Source of the DNA: Laetmonice hystrix
Lineage: Eukaryota
Reading direction: 5' to 3'
DNA length: 64,000 nucleotides
Assembly: GCA_965235115.1 (NCBI GenBank)
Contig: OZ249436.1
Coordinates: 48,548,001 to 48,612,000, forward strand
Below the pieces are notes generated by a model. That model saw nothing but the letters and a program-made list of their open reading frames with translations, ran no database searches and was not told the origin of the DNA. Shown in pieces: positions 26,069 through 39,188 of the stretch. The translations under genes were made by a program, and so were the position numbers. Position 1 is the first letter of the stretch. Each line of letters starts with the position of its first letter.

Positions 26069-26808
26069 TACCTAGTTCGGTCCTAGAAAAATGGTAAACA
26101 TTCTCCAGAGTCGTACTAATTTTTCTCTTTTCACAAAAGCATTCTACTTTTGACTTAATTTGAAAAACAGTTTAATTGTTCGGATGTTGATCTTTCATCA
26201 ACAGAGGATTCAGAGCAGTGAAAAGTTGATAAAGTTGTTTATGGCCCAGAAGAATGAACCCTTTTTCTATCGACAATCTCCCTGTGATAGACAGATGTAG
26301 CATGTGTGTATAGCGACTGTAACCGACGAAAAACATTGGTGAACGAAAGTTGGAGTCTTAAAGGAGGACATTTAGATCTACGTCTTATTTGAAGATTATA
26401 ATTAAAGGTATCTTCTTCCACAACAATTCCTGTTGGAATGAGACACAATTTTAGGTCCATGACAATATTATTGTTTCCATGTGATATATTTGCTGGTTTT
26501 ATTTAATTCACATGTGATTGTCTTCTAGTTGAAGATAATTGTTTATGGGCAGGGACATCGAGGATAAAAGGACGGTCACTTTTCTCCATGTATAGAGTTA
26601 TTTTGAAGACGGTTTCTAGCATTGACTTACAAGTCTTGCAGCGCACACGGAGCCCTGTGTAGTATCGAGGATGGTTCGTAAAGTCTGAGTTCTACGTCCA
26701 CATATATAGATCTGCGGTAGTCACTATACAGACCGCATGATCTAGTGGATATTGCATGCCGACGTATGCCGCATATGCCTACGCAGCCAACGGCATACAA
26801 AGGTACTA

Positions 26809-27134
26809 CGGTGGCCCAGAAGTACAAACTTCTGTACTTCTCCGACAATTCATTTGCTTCACAGTCGAATGTCTGGCCTTCTCAGTTATTCCTTGCCTTC
26901 TCAGTCGAGTCCTTGTCTCCTCAGACAATTCTTGTGAGGAACTGTCTGAGAAGGCAGGGAAACAGGAATTTCAGTTTAAAGGCCATGAATTCCACTGTGA
27001 AGGCAATGATCTCACTGTGAAGCGAAGAGATTTCAGTGTGAATCAAAGGAATTGTCTATGAAGACAAGAAATTTCACCGTAAAATACAGGAATTGTATAT
27101 GACGTATACAGCAGTTTGTACTTTTCGGCCACCG
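26809..27134. mobile_element. MITE with TA TSD
   Basis: TA|CGGTGGCCCAGAAGTACAAACT ... AGTTTGTACTTTTCGGCCACCG|TA. Confidence 0.75.
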
Positions 27135-27303
27135 TAGTCTCGACCTGTCTTCGATCAGGGCATAATGCAACTTTTAGTAGCTCCCACGGGTACACATAAT
27201 ACACGTAGGCCTAATTGTGTTAATGCTAGCCGTGTAGATGGCCTTATGACTTGACAAAGCGTAAAACCGCCGGCTGTCACTCTCTATCATATTAATGTTA
27301 CAG

Positions 27304-27447
27304 CCGGTGTTACCTAACCCAATTGAGAACGAGAACGAACCGCTGGACCTCAGCTGGCCAAAGACATGGCGGAAACGGATTACCTACATTCTGGTGGCTC
27401 CTCTTCTATTTCCAATGTACATCACACTTCCCGATACCAGACGCCCT
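27304..27447 (+). CDS. NCKX: NCKX/SLC24 exon (loop end, start of C-terminal TM cluster)
   Basis: cag|PVLPNPIENENEPLDLSWPKTWRKRITYILVAPLLFPMYITLPDTRRP|gtaagt; EPLxLSWP...TLPD signature. Confidence 0.95.
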
Positions 27448-27740
27448 GTAAGTCTTCGCTTTCCCTCACGCGAGTTGGAATAATCGGAGGGGGCGGGGTG
27501 GGTGGGTAGGTGGGGCCAACACGGGGGTACTAATTTTCCAGAATTTTTTAAGAACATTAATAAAGGGTCACACTCCTGTCTTTAAAGGATAAATCTGACG
27601 GAAGATCCACAAGAAATAAGCATAGCCTGGATTTGGCCTTGCATTAGCTCACTGATATATTTTCAAGATGTCGGTACAATATCAGGGCAGGGATTACAAA
27701 TTCTCCATGTTGACCTTGATATGACCTGTGTACGTTTCAG

Positions 27741-27860
27741 TCGATGAGAAAGTTTTACCCATGGACGTTCCTTGGGAGCATCTTGTGGATCATCGTATTC
27801 TCCTACTTGATGACGTGGTGGGCTACAGTGACGGGCGAGGCTATTGGAATACCTATCGAG
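27741..27860 (+). CDS. NCKX: NCKX/SLC24 exon (TM segments)
   Basis: ttcag|SMRKFYPWTFLGSILWIIVFSYLMTWWATVTGEAIGIPIE|gtaggt. Confidence 0.95.
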
Positions 27861-27884
27861 GTAGGTCGGCCACAGCCATTGCTT

Positions 27885-28995
27885 GTCTTACCCTTTCCAA
27901 CCTCTGCCATCTTACATACGGTCTGCCACGACCATCTGTGTGTTTGCTCTATCCCAACCTCTGCCATCTTACATACGGTCTGCCACGACCATCTGTGTGT
28001 TTGCTCTACCCACCTCTGCCATCTTACATACGGTCTGCCACGACCATCGGTGTGTTTGCTCTATCCCAACCTCTGCCATCTTACATACGGTCTGCCACGA
28101 CCAGCTGTGTGTTTGCTCTACCCTTCCCAACCTCTGCCATCTTACATACGGTCTGCCACGACCATGTGTGTGTTTGCTCTATCCCAACATGTTATCCTAC
28201 ATACGGTCTGCCGCGACCAGCCGTGTGTTTGCTCTATCCCAACCTCTGCCATCTTACATACGGTCTGCCGCGACCATGTGTGTGTTTGCTCTACCCTTCC
28301 CAACATCTGCCATCTTACATACGGTCTGCCACGACCATCGGTGTGTTTGCTCTATCCCAACCTCTGCCATCTTACACACGGTCTGCCGCGACCAGCCGTG
28401 TGTTTGCCCTACCCTTTCCAACCGCTGCCATCTTACATACGGTCTGCCACGACCATCTGTGTGTTTGCTCTATCCAAACATCTGTTATCCTACATACGGT
28501 CTGCCACGACCATCTGTGTGTTTGCTCTATCCAAACATCTGTTATCCTACATACGGTCTGCCACGACCATCTGTGTGTTTGCTCTATCCAAACATCTGTT
28601 ATCCTACATACGGTCTGCCACGACCATCTGTGTGTTTGCTCTATCCAAACATCTGTTATCCTACATACGGTCTGCCACGACCAGCCGTGTGTTTGCTCTA
28701 TCCCAACATCTGTCATCTTACATACGGTCTGCCACGACCATCTGTGTGTTTGCCCTACCCTTCCCAACCTCTGCCATCTTACACACAATCTGCCGCGACC
28801 ATCTGTGTGTTTGCTCTATCCCAACCTCTGCCATCTTACATACGGTCTGCCACGACCATCTGTATGTTTGGCCTACCCTTCCCAACCTCTGCCATCTTAC
28901 ACATGGTCTGTCACTACCATCTGTGTTTTTGCCCTACCCTTCCCAACCTCTGCTATCTTACACATATACCCTTCCCAACCTCTGCCATCTTACGG
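27885..28995. repeat. Intronic ~57-62-bp minisatellite, ~19 copies
   Basis: Unit cccaacctctgccatcttacatacggtctgccacgaccatctgtgtgtttgctctat. Confidence 0.95.
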
Positions 28996-29203
28996 CCCAG
29001 GTCTGCCACAGCTTTGCGTGAGCTTACATCAGTGCAGTGGTCAAAGGTAGTAGACGCCATACCCACTCAAACCTATGAATTGCAGTCGTGGAAATGAAAA
29101 TCAATACAATACTTCTGCAGGGTAAAATACGTGTTTAGATGGTAAGTTTACAGAACGAAGGCCTTTATTGTTGATGCTGAGTTTGTTTCTGTTTGTCAAT
29201 CAG

Positions 29204-29340
29204 GTCATGGGGTTGACGTTTTTAGCGGCCGGTACGAGCGTTCCTGACCTCATAACGAGCGTCATCGTCGCCAAGAAAGGGTTCGGAGACATGGCCGTCT
29301 CCAGTTCGGTCGGCAGTAACATCTTTGACGTCACCGTCGG
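29204..29340 (+). CDS. NCKX: NCKX/SLC24 exon (alpha-2 repeat)
   Basis: cag|[47 protein letters not shown]|gtaagt; canonical alpha-2 motif GTSxPD...GSNIFD. Not in the ORF track. Confidence 0.97.
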
Positions 29341-30156
29341 GTAAGTGAGATCTGTACCAGCCATACACACGGGAAAGTTGATCTGAAAGCCAGCTTCCCC
29401 AGGACGACCCGACCACGCCCAGAAAAGGGGTAGATGTATGGATCGGTGTGTCTTCAGAATGTCAGGTGGTTCCATTTAGTATATTACAGATAACATACAA
29501 ACACCGGGTGGGGTGAGGGGGCCGGCGACCACGCCCGAACACAGAGCGGGATGGCTGATGGGGAAAGGGGTGTGGTGGGGTGGGTCCTCTGTACTACATA
29601 CACACTCGACTTGATGGAACTTCACTGAAAAGGGCAACACCCTTTTCCCTCAACGCCCCTTGCAGTATACCCAGTGAGGCCTACTATATAGGATTGGGTT
29701 GAGAGTCGAAGAGTACGAATCGGTCTGTGTAGGCCTATACTAGGCCCCTAATGGGCTGTACCATTACCTTCAGACGTATATCGTCTGTTTTTGAGAAATG
29801 TATCCTTTATAATGCATCCTCTACCTTCCAACTGTCGGAATATCACCCAAAATCTATACCCATATCTACACCTCTACATGTAGGCCTATTTAATTATACA
29901 GTTCGTCTTTTAACGAAGGCTTCTCGCCCCTCCGCCATTTTGTTGAGGTCTGAGATTACGAAATAAATCTACATTGTATTCGGTTCTCGCAGTACACAGT
30001 TTGCAATATCTATAAATGTTAGACCAACGTGCTAGCACTTTTGGAACATCAATGTATGACGGAGCGTGGACGCCACTGTTTTACGAACACCCTCCCCATG
30101 CACTGTTGTAGGCGCCATTATTGATATGAGTAAAAGTATGTAACTTATTTAATTAA

Positions 30157-30343
30157 AGCGACAGTCTCGTCCTTTAGCATTGTGCGATGGGGAGGGGGGG
30201 GGGTGCTAACGGTTGATGTTCTACGTCAGTTCCTATGCGAATATATGTAACAGCATAGATGATCTATGGTCGTAGTTACCAAATCTGCCACTAGGTGGCT
30301 GCGAGCATGGGTAGGCTATGGTCTAACGGACGAGACCCTCGCT
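30157..30343. mobile_element. Kolobok-like MITE carrying a CTCF-like motif
   Basis: TTAA|AGCGACAGTCTCGTCC ... GGACGAGACCCTCGCT|TTAA; CCACTAGGTGGC at 30288-30299. Confidence 0.65.
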
Positions 30344-30662
30344 TTAATTAAGTAACTTTAGGGCATAGGCCTACTTGTAAGTAATTTGTGAAAATTGCGT
30401 TATTAGGCCTATATGTACAGATTTCTAGTTTGCATACGCAAGACAATTTATGTTGGGATAGGCCTATATTTGTAAAAATAACCATATTTAGCCAGACATA
30501 CAGTTACACATAGACACGTGCCTAATATAAAATGTCAAGGGAGTGAACATAAAGTAAATATAGGCCTACTTTTACTCACAGAATAAATATATATTAATAC
30601 GAAAATACTTGCAAGTAAAGTTTACATGTGACTAGAGCTTACGAGTTGTGTGTTTTCTTCAG

Positions 30663-30906
30663 GTTGCCGGTGCCTTGGCTCCTATACGGGATCATATTCG
30701 GGGAACCGTATTCGGTGAGCAGTCGGGGACTGTTCTGTTCCATCATTCTCCTCTTCTTGATGCTCCTCTTAGTCATCATCACGATTGCCGCCCTAAAATG
30801 GAAGATGAATAAGATCATGGGCATCGCCATGTTTGTATTCTATCTGGTATTTGTAGCTATCAGTTTATTGCTAGAGTACACGATTTTACCATGTCCCGTG
30901 TCATAA
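30663..30906 (+). CDS. NCKX: NCKX/SLC24 last coding exon
   Basis: ttcag|g LPVPWLLYGIIFGEPYSVSSRGLFCSIILLFLML...LLEYTILPCPVS*; phase 2 matches; CPV C-terminus is typical of NCKX2/Nckx30C. Confidence 0.95.
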
Positions 30907-33827
30907 ATAAACTAGCCGTAGACCACTTTCTGAGCGTGCTGCCCCCTGGCCATCTCCACACCCTTATACACCACTATAGCTATGGTGTAGGGTAATGCTA
31001 TGAGTCACACCCAACGCCAACATTCTTTCCAAAATAAGTGTTTTCTTGAACACTGCCCCAGAAAGGAAGGCCACATCTGAAACTTTATTCTGGTAGACCT
31101 ATTTGTCTTATTTATTTGTAGTCAATTCCTTTGGTGTGGTTCAGCAGTTCTAAGCATACGACGTAAAATAAGGAGGGACTAGAAAACAGTGGCCCATCAG
31201 ATTCTAAAAGGTAATGAACAGAATATTCTGTAATAGGAAAGACTCGGATGGGGCATGCAGGGACAGTCAAATTCGTAGTTGTGGATTTGTACGCCAGGGG
31301 GCGCGGGCGTAGTGGGTGGTCTATGGACTGCGGCCTCTTGTCGGTACGCGGTAACGTTTGTATGCACACTGATTGTATGCACCTGGTTGTATGCACGATG
31401 TTGGTATGCACCTGGTTCCGCTGATGATAACAAAGTGTTGCTATATATTATAATGTAATGTAGTGAGGTAGATCGAAGGAAACTTGGTGTAACGAGAAAT
31501 GAGAGCGGGACTCTTCGTATGTTGTGTTTCAACAAAAGGCCGGCAGGGGTCGCCTTTGTGCCAAGTTACGTACGTTTAAATGTGTCCATAGGTTGAAGGT
31601 CAGATATCTGCAAAAAGAGTTTCATGCGAAATGAAAGATGAGGAACAAATATATGATCTCAAGTCAGTGTAACTCGTTAGCTGAAACCGTTGTTCCTACT
31701 TTCTTAGCAAATATCCTCGCCCTTCGAGTCGGGATCCTTGTAGGGAGCCTGTTTGGGTGATCTGAATAATTAGGTATATTGCACATATTTCGAGATGTCA
31801 CGATGGTTTCAAGATGGCGAGTGCTGAAGAAGAGAGAGAGAGTGCCCACCTAACCCGATGGTGGGTGGAACTTGTTGAGTGGGCAGTATTGCATGTGATA
31901 ACTAATAGATCGAAAATTGTTGCCTTGGTTGTTCGATTGGTGGAAAGGGGATTCATATCTGTAGTCTACACGTTTAGCCTAGGGTTGATATTATACGTTT
32001 TCTCAAAGGATGTCTTTCTTCACATACGGTACCTTTCTAACCAATATTTGCAATGTGTTTAAATGTATAACGCCATACAGAAGTAGAGGTGTAAGCTCAT
32101 GTAGGCCTACACTTTCGAGCTCTCCGAGTTGAATTGGTCTCCTACTGCCACGGCTTGACACTTCAGAAAAGATTTATATGAGACCCCCCCCCCCCGAATG
32201 TTTGAAGACATCATAATGGATATTAGAACAGCACTAAAGACCCCATAAAATTTTGATCTTATTAATTATAAATAGTAACAGAGAATGATTTGTCCTCTGA
32301 GGCCCACAGATTCCGTAAACCGTAGAATGTCAGGTATCCAAATACTATCCGTGCAGTCAGTCGTCTGAGCCGCCATCCTCTAACCCAAACTAGTTCCTAC
32401 CGCGCATGCGCGACCTCACTTGTACGGGCCGCCTCATGGCGCTTGCACCGGCTGCCTCAACACTCTGGCGTGACATATACACGTAGTGCCAATTCATTTA
32501 ACACCGATAAAAGAAAAAAAGATAAAAGAAAATTAAGTTTAACAAAACTAGAAATGTAAGATTTGGGGCAAATAAATGCTGTAAATGATCAGAATTAGTC
32601 ATGAACTTGATCCTTACGCGCAAGTAGTGCGGGACCTGGTGGCCGAGCCAGTAGGGCGCCGTCTGACCTCTGCCGTTGGAGAGTGCCTCTAACTATGCCT
32701 CTCCGCGAATAATTCGATATTCAGAATCAAAAAGAAGGAAAATAGTGTAAATAATGTTAGTGCAGGACTGAAGCCATCCTGTAATACCACTACTGCCCCA
32801 GCAACATCCTAAAATAAACAATACCGCCGACCTTTTTTCTGAATAAGGAATTTTTGCTTCAAATATAGGTCTATACTAATATGAGTGAATCATTCAATAA
32901 TAAACAAGTTTTGTTAACATTCAGTGTATGATTCAAAGGTGATAACCGCCCGTTACCCTTGGAAACCAATATCCAAACCTGACGGCTGACAATGCATTAT
33001 GGCAGAGTTTTTCCGAGGACTGACTATGGGTTTGTCTTTCAGAGCTAGGCATTGGATGTATCTGGTACAATTAGTGATATATATGTGATTGATTGGAACA
33101 TGCATATATAGACCCCAGCTCTGTATTATTTAGGTGTGTTGAGTTCGACATTGCAATTAAATGTCCATGCCCGCCTATTCATGTCAAAACCTGCGCACAA
33201 CGGCCCGACCCGACCCCCTGAGTCATGCATATAGGCCTATATTGAAAATATATGCAAAATGGGCACAGTGTAGTCGCGTCGCGTCGCGTCGCGGTAGGGT
33301 CATGCCGGTGTGCGACGGCGATGAAGGTGGAGTCCAGTTTTCCCACCGCCTCCCCAGACTCTGGTCCGACGTTACTGTTCGACCTACGTGTTTCCCTGAT
33401 TGTACTGTATACCCTGCTGTATGTATACCATAGAGTGAGCCTCATCGCATTGTAGTCTGTAGTAGGCCTATGGGTATTGGTTGGTCGTTTCTTATTATGA
33501 TTAACAATGTTTAATGTTAGCAAAATGTGTGTAAACATCCCATCTGTTGAGAGAGTTGTGGTTTGGGCTTTCTAACGCGTCGGTCATACATAAATAAATA
33601 CGTACAGCCAAGCTGAGAATAGGCTACTATATGACAATTGCCCTCTACGGCCAGGGCCGATGGTGTTTGGGAATGCTGATGTGTGTCACTAGGGGGACCA
33701 TGGACCGATTACTCATGGCAAATGGCTGGTTTACCGTTGTGAAACCTCTCGTGTGGTACGACTGTGAGTCACTTATTTAGACATTCACAGCACGACAACC
33801 GCAACGTTACAGCCAGACCGTCATCAA

Positions 33828-34640
33828 CGATACCCAGACGGTCGTTCATAGTCGTCGAGTCTGATACCCAGACAAGACGGTCGTCCCCCTTTGTTTCTAT
33901 AGTCGTCGAGCCCCATACCCAGACAAGACGGTCGCCCCCCTTTGTTTCTATAGTCGTCGAGCCCCATACCCAGACAAGACGGTCGCCCCCCTTTGTTTCT
34001 ATAGTCGTCGAGCCCCATACCCAGACAAGACGGTCGCCCCCCTTTGTTTCTATAGTCGTCGAGCCCCATACCCAGACAAGACGGTCGTCCCCCTTTGTTT
34101 CTATAGTCGTCGAGCCCCATACCCAGACAAGACGGTCGTCCCCCTTTGTTTCTATAGTCGTCGAGTCGATACCCAGACAAGACGGTCGTCCCCCTTTGTT
34201 TCTATAGTCGTCGAGCCCCATACCCAGACAAGACGGTCGTCCCCCTTTGTTTCTATAGTCGTCGAGTCTGATACCCAGACAAGACGGTCGCTCCCCCCTT
34301 TGTTTCTATAGTCGTCGAGTCTGATACCCAGACAAGACGGTCGCTCCCCCCTTTGTTTCTATAGTCGTCGAGTCTGATACACAGACAAGACGGTCGCTCC
34401 CCCCTTTGTTTCTATAGTCGTCGAGCCCCATACCCAGACAAGACGGTCGTCCCCCTTTGTTTCTATAGTCGTCGAGCCCCATACCCAGACAAGACGGTCG
34501 CTCCCACCTTTGTTTCTATAGTCGTCGAGTCTGATACCCAGACAAGACGGTCGTTCCCCCCTTTGTTTCTATAGTCGTCGAGCCCCATACCCAGACAAGA
34601 CGGTCGCCCCCCTTTGTTTCTATAGTCGTCGAGTCTGATG
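33828..34640. repeat. ~51-bp minisatellite, ~15 copies (probably in the NCKX 3' UTR)
   Basis: Unit catacccagacaagacggtcg(t/c)ccccctttgtttctatagtcgtcgagccc. Confidence 0.95.
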
Positions 34641-37600
34641 TGTGTTAAGAATCAAACAGACATGTTGAAGGAAAATCTGATTGGTCAATGGTTCGTGGTC
34701 ATGATAGTGACAGCAATATTTGGATGTGAAAATTGTTAATTACAGCTGCTAACATATCAAAGTACAAACATAATATGTGATTGATATATAAATATCAATT
34801 GGAGACCATATTTTTGCCCTTTATGTATAATATGTGTTTAAACAGCAGACTCATGTGCGTGATACAGTATTGAGAATGATATGTTTTGAATTTAATTTTT
34901 ATTTAAATGTGCCAATGGTGTGTATACTACATTTTTTACATAAAGGAAAGCCAGTATGGAGAAGGATCTTTCAATGTTCGCTTTCAAGTGCGATTTGTCA
35001 CTAAAAAATGTTCGCTTCAGGGTTAATCAATGACGCTTTTAATATCAAATGGCCGCCTGAGATATGAATTGAACAGTTGTCTCTATAGTGAGACAAATGC
35101 AAGTTCTGTAGTGTTTAAACAATATTACGGGTATACTTCATACGAATGCATAATATGTTTAACTGTGAATCCATATAAAGATCTCCTGATATTGTCACAT
35201 TGCTCCCACCCAAACACCTCACACTTTAACCGGATGATATCGGAGTAAACACCTGAACATTGCTGAGCAGTGATGAATATAAGTGAGCATTGTTCAGGTT
35301 TAAAACAAGAAATCATATACTTCTGTACAGAATTGTGTCTAGAAACCACGTGCACATCTTTCCGTTTTGAGGACCAGACATCCATACTTTGAGTATACGA
35401 ACCATGGAACTGGTCAAATAAATCGACGGTAAGTCCTCGTTTTGAGGACCAGACATCCATACTTTGAGTATTCGAACCATGGAACTGGTCAAATAAATCG
35501 ACGGTAAGTCCTCGTTTAATTTTATGTCCGCCCCTTAGAAAAATCTGAATGATTTCAATGACAAAAAGACAATATGCCTGCTCAGTTTTACTAAGTTCAG
35601 TGCTTCGGTCTGGCATCAAATAGTTCAGGGATATATGTGTGAGATTTGTGCAAATGTTACTCCTTGCATATCTTCAATTATCACGATTAGACTGCATCAC
35701 GCAGGGCGTGACTCGCCAGCACTCGCCGTCCACTGACACCACTACGTGTGGTCCAGGCTACGCCTTAATTATCTTCTAGATTGGTTGGTTGGCGGTTGTA
35801 TTACACAAACTCTCCGCCGGCTATAGGCATATTATATTAATATATAGATCTAACGATGCAACGAAGTAATGGCGGGCGGGCACACTTTGGGTATAGTAGC
35901 CTAAATTACTATTCTTACATTATTGTTACTTTAACAGTGTGTGAAACACTTTTTGCCACTGGTATTATAAAGTGCGTACATGTATATGTAGAATTTTCAA
36001 CGACTGTGTGCTTGACGGTGACAAAACTAGAAAAGTCTTTCATTATAAATATCTACTACATGCTTTGCTTCAGGGGAGCGTAGGGCGTGTGTGTGGCCTT
36101 CACAGCATACCTTCCCCGACACTAATCGTAACCCGATACTTGACACGCTATCAATAATCCACGCGGAACGCGCAGCAAAGATGGCACAGTTACTCCGACA
36201 ACTGTCCAGATGGAGATGAGTTATAATCTGTGTAAATAAGAAGGGATTCGAAAAACAAAGGTGTAAATAAATGATATAGGCTTGTAGAGCATGACATAGG
36301 ATTGTCGAAAAATATTATATCTCCCCCGCCCCCTGCCCACCCCCCCCCCCCCCTACAAAAAAAAAAGACTCCAAAAAAGACACAACTTTGAATCCATTTT
36401 CCCCAACCCTTACATATGCTTTTGTATTTAGGATATTATTAATCTAATACCCTAAATTAATACCCTAAATTATTAATCTAATACCCTAAATTAGATACAG
36501 ATATCATCGTTTGCTGTGACTAATGACCAGATAAACCAAACGGGGTAAAATACGATCGTCTTTTTCAATTGAACGGAAATATCCGTTATATTTTGCAAAG
36601 GAAACACACAAAATTAGTATCCTATATTTGAAACTTCCAAGTATCATACAAATGTGTTTTAAGTATGCAGATTTTTAAAAGTCTATCTTCACTTTAAATA
36701 CAAATGTACACTTCCGTAAGAAGAATTTTCAAAATAATCTGCCCAATCGTCCGACAACTTTGTACGATTGTTCAATTTAAGCCATATACCTGGTCAGCCA
36801 AACGTAATCTATTCTAACCTCGTCTTGGCGAAAACAAAGAACCTCGATATGTTCTTTGACGAATAGGAAATGGGGTTTCATACCTTGACCAAAATCTGAC
36901 AATAGTATTTCTATACCCAAAGGGGGAACATACTGAGCCCCCCCCCCCTCCCCAGCCCCACGAAGCCCAAAGGAGGGATGTGAGAAGAGCGCCTAGAGGG
37001 CCAGAAGAGGGCCAGAAACCCCCCAAAAAACAAAAACAAAAAATGGCCACCGTGTCGGCATTTTGGATCTGAACGCAAAATACACTGGCATGCTTGCCGT
37101 CCCTCATATGCCTTCTCAATGTACCAAGTTTGAAAGAAATCTAGTTTTAACACGTTTAACACTTGGCAACGATGATTAAACTCCACTCTTTACCTACTTT
37201 CAGTCCTTCAAGTTCAAAGGTCATCAACTGCAAGCAGTAATGTGATCAGACATATAGGTATACTAATGCATCCGCTAGCACTAACTGGCCGAGTCTTGGA
37301 GATAATTATAAAGTTCGCTGCCGGCCAAATGTGGGATACACAAACAGATAATATTAAATTATATGCCTAAGATAATGAAAGGGTATAACGATGTATCCCT
37401 GCCCGCATGGCCGGCTCCTTAACGGTGTAGATAGTGTACATAATGCAGTGTCCTCAAAACAGTCTTCTTTATCTACACGCGGACACTGGCGACAAATGGG
37501 TGTCCCGCCTTGAAAACTTTTATATAACCCTTAAAATCGATTCAGTAGGGCATTTACCCTGTATACCTGTAGAGTACCACAGGGTGTATCGAATTCTGTA

Positions 37601-38146
37601 CGTATGAGATATACGTACATTTATAGGTATAGCACTCTGCGTTTGATAGACCCTACAACATCTTGTAGCACTGCATTCAAAATTGTCGGTTTTCCTTATC
37701 ACTCACGTGTCTGCAGACTGAGTTACCATAACTTGTATCATAAGTCAATGTTGTATATGCAAAGTTTCTTTATATAACTAGCCTGATTGGCGTCCCTTCA
37801 GCTTAAGATCACAAAAGGATCTAATAACAGTTGGTTGCAGTCTAGAATCTCGAATAGTTCTGTTTAAATAAGACAATGTTTATATTTCATGTTGTTTTAT
37901 TAATTTGATTCCGGACAAATGTTCTTTTTACCTGAGTGTTTGTCTCGAAATATGCAGTTATATGGAAAATAAAATGAGTACAAAACTGACCTTAAAATGT
38001 TTGACCCGTCTTTATTCTCTATGAAGCAGTGAATGACATTATAATCCTTGAATACTGGTTAAAAATCATTAATGTTTAATTACAAAATGGAGGGGATATA
38101 TTGAGAGAATAGGTTTATCGGACTCGATCGTCATTAGAGAAGGCGC

Positions 38147-38635
38147 CATTTGAACATTGTCCTGAATGTTGTCGACATTTAAACATTTTTTGTCCTGAAT
38201 GTTGTCGACATTTGAACATTGCCCTCAATGTTGTCGACATTTGAACATTGTCCTGAATGTTGTCGACATTTGAACATTTTTTGTCCTGAATGTTGTCGAC
38301 ATTTGAACATTGCCCTCAATGTTGTCGACATTTGAACATTGTCCTGAATGTTGTCGACATTTGAACATTGTCCTGAATGTTGTCGACATTTAAACATTGT
38401 CCTGAATGTTGTCGACATTTGAACATTGTCCTGAATGTTGTCGACATTCGAACATTGTCCGGAATGTTGTCGACATTTGAACATTGTCCTGAATGTTGTC
38501 GACATTTGAACATTGTCCTGAATGTTGTCGACATTTGAACATTGTCCTGAATGTTGTCGACATTCGAACATTGTCCGGAATGTTGTCGACATTTGAACAT
38601 TGTCCTCAATGTTGTCGACATTTGAACATTGTCCT
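38147..38635. repeat. 29-bp minisatellite, ~16 copies
   Basis: Unit catttgaacattgtcctgaatgttgtcga. Confidence 0.95.
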
Positions 38636-38814
38636 CGTGATCAAGAGTAAGGTATAAAAATCTTTTTTGGAGAAATATGTCTATTTACAACTACAATAAT
38701 TCAACATCTGGCAAAATATTTCACGGTTTACTACAAAACCATCATTTACTATTTTGAAATAGCATTATTATTGGCATTCAAAGGATACACATGAAAATCA
38801 AAGCGAGTATATAA

Positions 38815-39188
38815 GGCCCCCCCCCCCAAAAAAAATAAAAAAAATTCCCGGTTTCTGGTCCGAAGAACATTTCAAAAGTGGTGCGGTGACGCAGGTTTTT
38901 TCTTTTTAAGATTTTTTTTTTTTTTTGGGGGGGGGGGGGGGGACAGCTGGCTAAAATAGTAAGCCTCATAAGAATTATCATGTAAAATGAACTCATAAAC
39001 AAGGACCATGACCTTTGCTCTCATCGCTTTGCATACAACACACTTCCGTTGCAGTGTTAATGAAATATCCATTACAACAAAATGGTTTTCAAGCCTTACC
39101 ACTAGGTGGCAGCACAATTCACAGATGAGGGCAAGAGAAAAAGCACTGATGCGCGCGCGGACCAGAAACCGGGAATTTTTGGGGGGCC
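38815..39188. mobile_element. MITE with TAA TSD (Harbinger-like) carrying a CTCF-like motif
   Basis: TAA|GGCCCC..aaaattcccggtttctggtccg ... cggaccagaaaccgggaatttt..GGGGCC|TAA; CCACTAGGTGGCAGC at 39099-39113. Confidence 0.75.

Noticed and set aside
27728..29097. Three 400+ aa Cys/His-rich ORFs as independent genes
   Set aside because: They derive from an intronic minisatellite; only 27741-27860 is coding.
16300..32680. tRNA-like box fragments (B-box-like near 16335 on the minus strand, ~22940-22995, A-box-like near 32635)
   Set aside because: No complete cloverleaf; at most degraded SINE heads.
33764..38635. 51-bp and 29-bp arrays as CRISPR arrays or repeat proteins
   Set aside because: Head-to-tail units without unique spacers, no cas genes, eukaryotic context.
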